NCBI GenBank assembly: GCA_000934665.2
Contig: JYFJ02000810.1
Coordinates: forward strand, 62,001-107,659
Direction of reading: 5' to 3'
Source: Catajapyx aquilonaris
Taxonomy: Eukaryota
DNA length: 45,659 nt
Of the stretch, positions 1 to 10,800 are shown in pieces (positions within the stretch are counted from its first letter, which is position 1; every line of letters starts with the position of its first letter). The translations under genes were made by a program, and so were the position numbers. The notes beneath the pieces were generated by a model. It did not search any database and was not told where the DNA came from. It was given only the letters and a program-made list of their open reading frames with translations.

Positions 1-2060
1 TGTTCACGGTGAAAATGTTCGGACAGCTTCTTGACTGTCGTTGATATGTCCTCAGCCTGCAATTAAAACTGATAAACAAGTGTCCACAAGTGACCAATGG
101 ACATCCACACCACATTTACATACTTTTGACTAAATCATGTAATCATTAGACTTGGTCTTTTGTGATAAGGATCATATACAGTAGTTATGCTCTAAAAAGC
201 TCAGATTTATATATGCAAACATTATTTTGAAATTGACAAAACAACTCCATGCTCTCAGATTTTCCCTAAGCTCCTACTCCTACTGCCATTCGTAATGGGA
301 GAATTGGGCCATGCCTGCACATCAAAATTAACTCGGTAAATGAGTATAATTTAGCTTTGCAGGCATCTCCTTTACAATGCTGGTGTTTGTGCTCCACAAT
401 AATAAAGTTTGAATAAGTTTCTCTTTTACATCCCAGTTGTCCACATATTAAACACACTACCTGTGTTGGAGGATCATCGAATATTCGTATAAGGACTTGT
501 AGTGCTTCATTGCTGCTGGCACACCTTTCCAAGGATAAAACCTCAAGTTCTGCAGGTGACGATACAGGAACTGATGACTTTTTCACCAGACGAAGTTTCT
601 TTGGCTTTGGATCCTCCTGAAATGAGTAGTAATGTCACACTGCTTTTGGCCCAGATCATACAGTTTTGTCCCATCTCCAGTTTGGGTCAGGAAAAATCCT
701 ATGAAACAGTGAAACCTACCTATGCAGAACCATGGATGCAGCAGGAACTTGTCCTCTGTGAAACTTTTGTTAGCATGGCTTTCAGCGTAATGAAATGATT
801 TAGAACTGGACATTTCCACTATTGATATATTTCACTGTGGCATTACAAATGATTATGTCAAGTTTTAATCATGCGGGGGAAAAATATTTATTTGAAAGGG
901 GGTAAAATGGGATAAAACGGAGAAGGAAAATTTATTAAAGTTAATATGAATTCAAACATGATAATATTATTATCACAATTTACACAAATTGATAACAGCA
1001 ACATGGTCAGAACTTGCCTGCCATTCACCTTTACGTAACATTGAAACAATGGATGGAAATATCAAGTTACTCTTATGTAGCTGATTTGGTTGAATTTTTG
1101 CATAGTATCTCAAAACTTTTTTTAAAAAAAGGCTGTCAAACAATACTGCCAATATCAAATACCCACACTTAACTAATACAGTAAACAATCATCTACACTT
1201 TCTATTCCTTGAATAGTTGAATAATGCATGTTTTCCACTTTCATATTCTTGTAGGAAACTGCGCTGTTTTATTTTCACTATTTCACAACAATAGAAGAAA
1301 CAATCATATTATCCTATTGATTAGCACATGCATAATTTCAATACCTAATTAACGCAAAGTCCTAACAACCCTCATCTGAAAGTGACAAGTTAAAAGGCAC
1401 TTTCCTCCTACGATATCGATTGTTGCCCTCCCCTCCTCCCCCTGCATTGTTGCAATATCAGACAAGAGTTAAGTCAGCCTAGTTTCTCCTGCAATATCGA
1501 CACGTGATTTGCAAAGTCCGCCAAGATTGCGGTCGACTCTTGCATCATCCCCCTTCATCTCATCCCTCCTAAAATTCACACCGCGTGGCTCTCTCCCCAC
1601 CCCCTCCCACTCTGAAAATACGGTAAGCCTCCCCCACCCCACCCCCTCCAAAAAAAGAGGACATCTACACCCCCCGGCCTCCCACTGCCGATGCCGGATC
1701 GATACGGTAGCCGGTGTCGTCGCACCCTCCTCGTGGAAAACGGGTGACTTACTGCATGTCACTTCAAACTCTAACCTAACCCGGACGCAACCCGCCGCCT
1801 CTGACGCAGGGGCAATCCGCCCCGGGGCCAATACTACTCCAGAAATCGCATGCTGCCACGAGGTGTTCAATCTGGCAATACTGTTAGGACGGCATGTGTT
1901 AATTACCCCCGCATCCCTGCCCCGGGGTGTCGTCCGCCCCTAGTGTCAGCAGCCGCGCATTACCCGGCATGACCGTTCCCCCAACCCAATATCAAATTCG
2001 CCCAACCTGTAGTACTTGGCTGAACTGAGCCAAAGCCCGCTTCTTGAGCACGGCGGCCAT
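1..2060 (-). CDS. INTS4: Integrator complex subunit 4, 5' part (gene continues beyond window start)
   Basis: Exons 2060-2007, 616-461 and 56-<1 are joined by phase-0 GT-AG introns. They translate to MAAVLKKRALAQFSQVLQ/EDPKPKKLRLVKKSS...LERCASSNEALQVLIRIFDDPPTQ/AEDISTTVKKLSEHFHRE. This matches the INTS4 N-terminus as recalled (MAAHLKKR...KKLRL...DALQYL...AESVEGVVRILLEHYYKE). Confidence 0.9.
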
Positions 2061-3010
2061 CTTGTAGTTTTTCGCCTCATTCCACGCGCTCCCATTGGTC
2101 CCATCCACACGATCAAAGACGGGGCCGAATCTAGCCAAACAGTGTAGCTAATACGGAATGGACGGGGCAATGCCAGCTACTTATAAGACGGCGTTTCATT
2201 GTGTGCGTAACAGCTACCAAGTTCAGATGTTATCCAACTGGCTATTTGGATGTAGCCAGTATGGGGTGGTAGAGGGGACGGACGGGAGATGTCTCCCGTG
2301 TTGTGCGGGTGGAGGGGGGAAAAGGCTAGCGGGCAACGAGGCGGCGCAGTGGGAAGGGGGAATCGCGGGGTTCCCTTTGTCTCGTATCCTAGCAGTACAC
2401 GGAACCCCCCCTCCCGCTACCCTCCCTCCATTTGAGGGACGCCATAGCTGCACCCATCTTTGCAGGGGGAACGTCTCCAGGACGCCTCTGCTGCGGACAG
2501 GGTGATGTAAGTTGGCGGGTTCGGATCAGTGGGGGCGGCCCGCGGGCCATTGTGATACACGGACACACCGGGGTGGAGGGGCGGGGTAGGGGGTAAGCCT
2601 CTTCCGCTTTAAACCGGGGGGAGGGAGGGAGGGTTCACAGTGGGGGGGAGGGGAGGTGGGGTGTTGCGGCCTTGCATGTGATCCCTTCCTAGTGTGGCGT
2701 AGTTGCCACATCACTCGGGGGGAAACGGGAGGGCGGGACGGCGTACCCACACGACGTTTTGCCACCACCACCACCACGCTGCTGTTACGGAAGGGTACGG
2801 CTTTTGTGTTGCGCTGCTTGGGTTGGACCGACGCGCAGGATCCACGTAGGTGACATACGTCGTAGTGTGGCGGAGTTGGGGGGAAAAGTGAGGGCAACAA
2901 TAAGTGGCGGTTGTGCAGTGTGTGGACGGAGGGAAAGCCTGCTGGGCCGTGACATGGGTTGGAAATAAAGGGAGGGGGGGACTGCAATATTGGAGGGTTG
3001 CGTGGGCGAT
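1480..3010. promoter_or_regulatory. GC/CpG-rich island, probable bidirectional promoter of INTS4 and PHF20/MBD-R2
   Basis: GC and CpG content rise abruptly relative to the AT-rich flanks. The island contains the INTS4 ATG inside a YY1-like motif (CAAGATGGCCGCC, - strand), many G-runs (2570-2680) and + strand donor candidates (GTAAGT at 2507, GTAGGT at 2846) for a non-coding PHF20 first exon. Confidence 0.65.
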
Positions 3011-3810
3011 GCTGAAGGGGTTTGGGTCAATTACATGGTGTGGATATCTGTGTCAGGTTGCAGCTGTGGTGTGGATCATGATTAAATGTGGTTTTGGTGC
3101 AACAGCAATGGTGAATTCAACAGGTGACAAGGAAAATTTACATATACGCAAAAGCAGCAGTGAGTCATTCATAGAAATTCAGGATAAGGGCACAGGATAA
3201 GCTGTCAGCTTTCCCGCCCAGAAGATAGCATTCATTATTGTTAACACCTGTATTACAAGCAAAATATACATGTGGATAAAAGTATAAAACATACTAGCTG
3301 TGCAATGACGCTGGACATGTCCATTATACCAGGTGGGGCAGGCCCACCCTCATCAATTTGTTATCTCTGCAACTCCTGACCCATGTGGGTTTAGTAGCAT
3401 TGGAGAGGCCCAGAAAGTCAATGTTTAAAAACCATTAGGGGGAGTCTCAAGGTGACTGACAGCTCAAGTGTTTTCATGTAGCTACTGTACCCTTATGTAA
3501 GGGTTAGATAAATTTTTGGAGCATGGCTTGTTAGTTCCTTGAAATATGAGGAAAGGATGGGTTCCAGGAAGTGAATGACTGTAATTTTTAGAGATTCCTG
3601 GTAGTAATACACAAAAGTGAAACAAAGTTTAGCTGAAGTAAGTCACTGAGTTTGAATACAAGATGAGGTAATTTAATACATTTTCCCAACTTCAATAATT
3701 GTCTGCAAAAGGCATTACAAGCCTTGGACAATTTTGGTGATTCCTGGCAATGTAATCAATGTGTCATTTTAAAGTTATTCACAAAAAGGAATCTTATCTA
3801 AAATATTGTA

Positions 3811-4196
3811 CAGTCCCGCTCATAAAGAATGGTACGACTCTATGGACGACGTGTTTATTCTGACTATCCAGCATTATTCCCAACCTGATTTCGTCACGAC
3901 ACTATAGACAACTTGTCCTAGATCTCTGGCGACCCTATGACCCCCTCCAGACTTTTTCCAAAAAAAATTATTACCAAAATGTTCAACCTGGTACAATGCT
4001 TACATAGATTTGAGATGAATTTCCCCCCTAATATTTTCTTACTTTGCCTTGTTTTTTCCATCTCTTTTTTTCTTGATATTAATTGCCATTTCCCAGCCTT
4101 CCTCATGACCCCTAAAAACATCCTGGTGACCCAGGGGTTTGGAACAGAATAAACATTTTGTCCAAAGAGTTGTACCATTCTTTATGAGCGGTACTG
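3811..4196. mobile_element. Tc1/mariner-type MITE (386 bp)
   Basis: ~37-bp imperfect TIRs (CAGTCCCGCTCATAAAGAATGGTACGACTCTATGGAC / GTCCAAAGAGTTGTACCATTCTTTATGAGCGGTACTG) with TA on both sides (3809-3810, 4197-4198). No coding capacity. Confidence 0.85.
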
Positions 4197-4812
4197 TACA
4201 TCTCTGTGCGCATAATGTGGCAACCACAAGAATTGGACAATTCAGTAGGGAAGAAATGTTTCGTACACATTAGCTCAATAAATGGTAATTTTATAATACA
4301 ATATACTATTCCAAAAATTTGTTACATTGCCAGAAAAATTGCACACAATTCATGCAATGCTGTGAACACTTACTGTGGCAATTTTAAGCTTAAAATATTG
4401 CAAAAGGGATATATGCAAATTCAGATTTCTCAGTTGGGGATCAACCTTTTTTTTTGTGGGTGATGTAATCAAGGAAAGCCTCAAAAAATTATTGCCATCC
4501 ATGCTGACACTCATCCTGAGACCCATCCTGGCCTGGAAGTGGGCAGAGGGAAAGTAATTTTTTGAGAAAAAGCCTTTTTAGGCCACTAACTCACATGCAG
4601 TGTTGTAGCATTTCAACAATGCAGAAATTAATGGTATGGTAACTGAAAGCGTTGTTGTGTTTGCAGGCGGAATTTGACTCAAATCATCATCAGTTGCATG
4701 CCCTCAGTGATACTGCCCCGGGCTTCAGAGATGCGGCTGCTGTTCCTGCAGCCTTGTCCACAAGGCCAGGGTCCAGACGCTGTGGCTGCAGCGCTCTTAC
4801 TTGTCGCCAAAC

Positions 4813-7800
4813 ATGTCTGAGGAATCCCCAAAGACCGCCGGCAACGCTGGCAGTACAGGTGGCAACCGCAGCAAGGGCCCTCGTGGCCGCTCCTCTTCTG
4901 CTGCCATTGACTTCAACCCAGGGTCCAGAGTGGAGGTCAAGGACCATGGGAACAACATCTGGTATCCAGCCAAGATTGTGGAGGTCGATGCAGAAGAAAA
5001 GGAGATTCTCATCCACTTCGAGAACTGGTCTGCACGCTACGACGAATGGATCTCGATGGACAGTGCCAGGCTCAGGGAGGCAGTACAGCCCCCCAAGAAG
5101 AGGTCAGTGTGAAAAGATCTGGATAACTCTGTTCTTAATGTCACCTTTAATGTCCAGCCTATGTGATGCTCATTCCACCTTTTGGAACAGGTTGGGCAGC
5201 GTCAAATCGAGATCAAAGGGGTTCAAGGTTGGAGAGAAGGTGATGGCAGCCTGGTCGGACAGTAAGAAGTATGAAGCCAGTGTGAAGTCTGTATTGTCCG
5301 ATGGTAAGTGGTTTGTATTTCATTTGCCAGGGTTATCCTGTCGCCTTGGTGGTTATTTGTTTGTTTCAATTATGAAGGGCCATAATTATATTGCCCTTCA
5401 GTTGAAGCATGAAATAATAATGGTAGTTGCATTGTAATTAGCAGTGTAGTGTGTTCATTATTGTGCTTGACTTGTGGTGGTATGGTCTTAGTGTGTGTGG
5501 TGTTGGTAGTGTACCAAATGACTCAATACCTGCCAGCAAATGATAATTGCTGCTTCTGCAAAGCTCAGTGGGGATTTTAATGCAGCTCCACTGCCAAGCA
5601 AGCGCTGTAAAAATAGCAGTTACTGAAAAACTAGCAACAAAATATGTGCTGGCAGGTTCATTGACTCACCTGGAATTTGCTCCATTGTTTGCTGTCACTG
5701 GGATAAAGATGACTCTAGAATCTGTAACGGATGGCAATGTTTGGAACCACCAAGCCACATGAATGATGGATAGAACTAATCTATACCATTTTTGCTGTTG
5801 GAAATGAACACAATTTAAAGTTCTCTTGTTTGACACTAATGGCTCAAGAGCCTATATCTAGGCCAGGTCAGGTTGGTTGTGGATATAATTAGATATCCTG
5901 AACAGGCCTAGTCTTTCATGAAAGTACTTGGACCAGGAAAATAAGGCTGCACACTGATGAATGTTTGTGCAATTTAAATTGCAAAATGCACACTACCTGT
6001 AACTTACGTGGCAAAAAAACACATGCCTTTGCAGACTACTATGAAGTCATCTTCTACGACGGGTTCATCAAGAAGCTAAAAGGCTCTCGAATGGTCAAGA
6101 TCAACAACAAGAACTCTGCCCCCACAGGCTCATCAGCAGGCAGCAAGGCAGCTGCGAAACGGAACAACAGGCATCGTCCTTCTACTTCAGCCACCCCTAC
6201 TCCTCCTGGCACCTCAACCTCCCCAAAGGAAGAGCCCACACCTCCTTCCAAGCGTATTTTTCCATACGACCCAGATGAGGACATTGGCACGAAGGAGGAG
6301 CGTCGGCGCCGGAAGAGGAAGTTTGACAGCGTGGCTGATCTGTTCAATAAGAAGAAGAAGGCAGAACCATTTCATTCTGTGGCACTCGTGGAGGAGAGGA
6401 CCCAAGAGACATCTGCACTGGATGGAGAAGTGAAGGTGAACAATGTGGCACCACCAAGTGAGGTGGTACCAAGAGTGCAAGGGGGGAGGAAACGGGCACG
6501 TCTTAGACAGAGACAGAGGAGAAGGCCCAGGGTCAAGGCTGCACAGCCAGTTGCTGAGGCCGTGGACAGTACTGCAAGTGATGCGGGAGTGAAAGAGAAT
6601 GCAGGAGAGGGGAGGGTGCCTGTGGCCGAGGTGCCTGTGACTGTGCCCAATGGGAAGAAAGTGAACGGTGATATGGAGGGCGTAGATAATGACGAGGAGG
6701 TTGACTTTTTACCTTCCCGAAGTGGTGAGTATTCTTTCTGCACTTGTAATTAAGTTGTGCTTCAATTTCAGGTTATATTGTTCTTGCAAAATCTGAAATT
6801 ATAATTTGTGGGCGTTTTTTTGTTTTTTTTTGGGTTTTTTTGTTTTTGTTTTTTTGTCTTTTTGTCAACCTCTTTGCTAGGAGTCTGCTTCTGTTGGTCG
6901 GGTTTCCCGTAATCTTTCTCATGGGTTACTATGGTCACATATATAGTTGACAGCAGTTCCCAGTTAGCTGGAAAGAGGAAGTATTTGTTTACAAGCTTAT
7001 GAAAACAGGAGTTTTTGCGCAAATTCAAGATATTCCAGCTTGGGCAAGAAGTCAACGAATCTTGCTAGTACTGATTCTTGTGAGCACACCTTACGTGGTA
7101 ATCCATGATAAAGAGGAGCAGACTGCTAGAAGATTAGGAGCAGGGCAAAAAACCCAGTGGCTATTTATTTTATTAAATTGATGAAAAGTCAGGTTGTACA
7201 TGGCAAATGCATTCTCACATTTGATTAGGCACATCCTTGTCTCAGTGAATGTCAAAATGCTGTTGCTGTTAGTTTTCCACACTAGAGCTCAAATGAGATT
7301 TCAGAACTGACATGTTGTTAATACCTGTTGGCAACACTGAGAGCCCAGGCCTGTGAATGGAACAGTTTCCTTTGGAGCGAATACTTGGAGCATTGTTTCT
7401 TCTAACTGCTTCATGGATCTGATATTGGTTCGGTATTTGGTGAATGGGAATTAACTTTTGCAGCACCTGGGAGCTAGATGTGTGGCCCAGAGGGCATCAG
7501 TATGAAATTGAGAACTACATGTTTCACCCTGCAAAGCCTATTTTCGAATTTAGCTCATCCAGTTATATACAGTGAAACCTTGATTTGTCTCCCCTTTTTT
7601 CCATTCCGTTATTTACTTGGGATCTAGGGGAAAACCGGATAGGTGTGTACAGGAAATCTATAAACGGATTCCTTACTACATTCTCAGATGTGATTTAGCA
7701 TTGTATACCTGCATAATGATGTGACTCATATTTTCATTGCACAGGTCGACGTGCTACCATTGTGATCCGCAACCGGAGCCTACCAGACGGCTGGCGAAAG

Positions 7801-10800
7801 AAAGCCATTCAGCGCCAGTATGGGGTCTCAGCTGGAAAGTGGGATGTTTATGTCCTAAGGTATGTCCACAAATTTTTTGAGTTGAGCTCCCAGTGATTGA
7901 AAAGAAATGGTATAATATCTTCCTCATTGTGCCTTCACAGTCCAGAGGGACGCAAGTTTCGCTCTCGGAAGCAGTTACAGACGTACTTGGAGGTATCAGG
8001 GCTGAAATTGGATTCAGAGAAGATCACCTTTACCCTAGGGGACCGTTTGATGAAGCTAGCCAGGGCCAAGAGCACTCTGCCGCAGCGGAAAGTGAAATTG
8101 GAGAAGCGGCCAGCCCCTGAGGTGCATGCTTCCCCAACCCCTCCCCCACTGAATACTCCAATACCACAGTCACCAACGCCTTCCCCGACAACAGAGGAAG
8201 CGCTATTGCCAAAGAAGGAGGTCGTGCGAAAGAAGGTGGTTCCACCGATGATCCATACGAATGACCAGGGCAATTATGTCTGCCCAAAGGATGGTTGCTC
8301 CAAGGTCTTTCGGAAGGAGAATCTGCTCCAAATGCACGTGAAGCATTACCACCCGGAGTATTCTAAGTTCATTGGAGCTGCCCCAAATGTGGCTGACCTA
8401 GCTTATGCTCGGACCATTGGTGAACCCTTGGAGGAGGTGCCCAGATCATCAGTAGCCCCACGCCGCAATAGCCAGCTCAAAGCAGAAGTCAAGGATGACC
8501 TGGACTGGAAGCCTGAGATGAAGACAGTGAAGTCTCCGGTGAAACTGGAGGAAGAAAGTGATGGGGAGGCGGTGCCTAAGGGTGTGCTTAAACCAATACT
8601 GGACTGGGATAAGTTGGTCAATTCAATGGATCTTCCTCCTGCTCCAGCAAAGAAGGAGGTGGGGGGTGGGTCAGGGAGTGGCACAACACAAGTGGCAGCA
8701 TTACCAGATGGGAAGAAAAAGGTGATGTTTGCAGAGGATGTGATCAGAAGGGACAGGGAAACCAGGCGGAGAAAGTCCGACTCACATAAAAGTGGGTCCA
8801 AGAGGAGAAGGTTGTCCTCGTCCAGAGATTGTGAGTGTTCATATGAAAGGAGCATAATTACGACAAGACAGAATAATTCAGAATCCTGCTACGTTGAATA
8901 ACGTCTGCATGCATCTGTTGAGTAAACTTCACCACTGTCTTACCAAAAAGACATATGCCCATTGTGATAAGGTTGTGCTTTCCATCAAGTTTCCTGACCA
9001 AATGACCTTATCACCATGTGCAGATGCGCCTTTTTGGTAATTTGCACTGGAGCTGTGAAAAATGCTTCCCTTGCAAAGAGTATGTAAAGCCCCGTTTCCA
9101 CCGGTACAATTTTCGAGCACAAAAACAAATATTGAAGTAAAGCATAAAAAGGGAGCACAATCCTGGATTATGCCAAAGTAAAATTTTTTAAACTTTTCAC
9201 AAATTGCCCAGCACAAAATCGGAATCCAAGATGGGCGACCTCATAATGGCGGGAAACTGTGGACTTACCGGAATTATTTTGCGATAATTCAAACCATGGA
9301 CGGTTAAATTAAGTGAAACTATTTTAGGATGGGGGGTGAACTCTAAATAAAATACATTCAGAACTTTGAGTGTGCTTAGTCCACCCCCAGTCTTTCCACT
9401 GAGCACACGCGTGTCTAGGCCTCAGCCATCCGATAGCATGATGTCGTGTGTGTCTAGGCCTCAGCCATCCGATAGCATGATGTCGTGTGTGTCTAGGCCT
9501 CAGCCATCCGATAGCGTGATGTCATGTGTGTCTAGCCCGTGGTTTAGCCCACAGTCTAGATGTGTCTCCAAGGTGCAGCCTACCTGGCCCGAGGAAGTAC
9601 ACAGCGATCAACGTGGGGGCGGCACCATCAAGTAGTTTTGGCTCCGGCCATGTATGCTCAGATCCTGTGTCCTTGGCCATGTCCTTCCCTTTGGTTTTTG
9701 TTAAAAGGACAAAAATTGACCAGGTTGGAACGGGTGTGGAATTTATGCAGCACAAAACCGTCCAGGAAGAAAATATTTCTGGCTTTCATTTTGTCCAGAA
9801 TAAAAATTGTGACTGTGGGAACAGGGCTTAATGCACTAAAACAATTTATCCAGAACATAAGTTGATGTGTACTAATATTGCTTTACAGCCAGGAGAAAAT
9901 CAGTTTCTGGTGGTGACTTAAGCAAGTACCAGCAGAGCGAAGAAGATCAGGTGAAGCAGATGGTGGCTCCAGACAGGCGGGTACCTGTGGTTCACCTGGA
10001 AAAGCTGGAACTCACCACTGATAGCCAAGGTATGAGGTTAATTCAGGAGAGGTAGATGGATGCATGTCCCAGTGTGAAAGATTCAGGTGCAAGTCTTGAC
10101 CTGTTGCTGTTTAATCTGATTCTCGGATGTTTGTGCTTGGATGTGCCTTTGGTTTGGATTTTTGCCAACTTTGCCATTATTAGCATGTGTATTTGGTGTT
10201 GCAAATGACATGCATTGGCACTTGCACCAATGTTTTATGAAGTAGCATGAGTGCCACTTGAGAAGGTGATTAATTTATTAATGCGAATGGCAGTCAGACC
10301 ATTTGGTCTCAGAGACTATAGTTACAGAGAGTAGGTGTATTGAGCCATTCAGATGCAACATATACCCTCTCCTAACTTTCCTGCTCAGGAAGGTAGTGTG
10401 CTGAGTTGCTGAGAACTAGACAATAACCTACAATAATTCATCTCTTGGCTAACTATTCATGTATCTCATATTCTCATTACTCAATCTCATCACTCAACTT
10501 AAGACATTCCTGAATTGCTGAATGTACCTATCATTCCTCCACTTTATGCATTGTTGTTTTGTTGTTGTCAACATTAATTAGCAAGGAGAAACATTCCACT
10601 TTTTACATACTGTGAATGTGAAGTTATGGAGCCTTAGCAGCACAGTTGAACCTAGGTCCTCTATCGTGGTTGGCCAGAGAACATACGTAAAACGCTCGGA
10701 GGAGTTTTAAGTGGTGCTGCCCTGTTATAGCAAACAGTAATTTATTTCCTTATTTGTCTTGTGGTGTTATCGATTGTTTTAGTCTACCCTGGTGGATGTG

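Noticed and set aside
1715..1775. HDV-like ribozyme (CCC-TCCTCGT-GG plus GTGAC/GTCAC hairpin)
   Set aside because: No P1 or P2 pairing partners could be found.
1469..3200. Numerous ORFs in the GC-rich island
   Set aside because: Expected from stop-codon scarcity in GC-rich DNA; only the 54-nt INTS4 first exon is supported.
4652..5437. 261-aa ORF as the PHF20 N-terminus
   Set aside because: It is a composite of an off-frame reading of the first coding exon, an intron and the next exon. The Tudor 1 frame begins at ATG 4813.
9411..9535. 39-bp repeats as a CRISPR array
   Set aside because: The units are head-to-tail with no unique spacers, lie inside a eukaryotic intronic MITE, and there are no cas genes.
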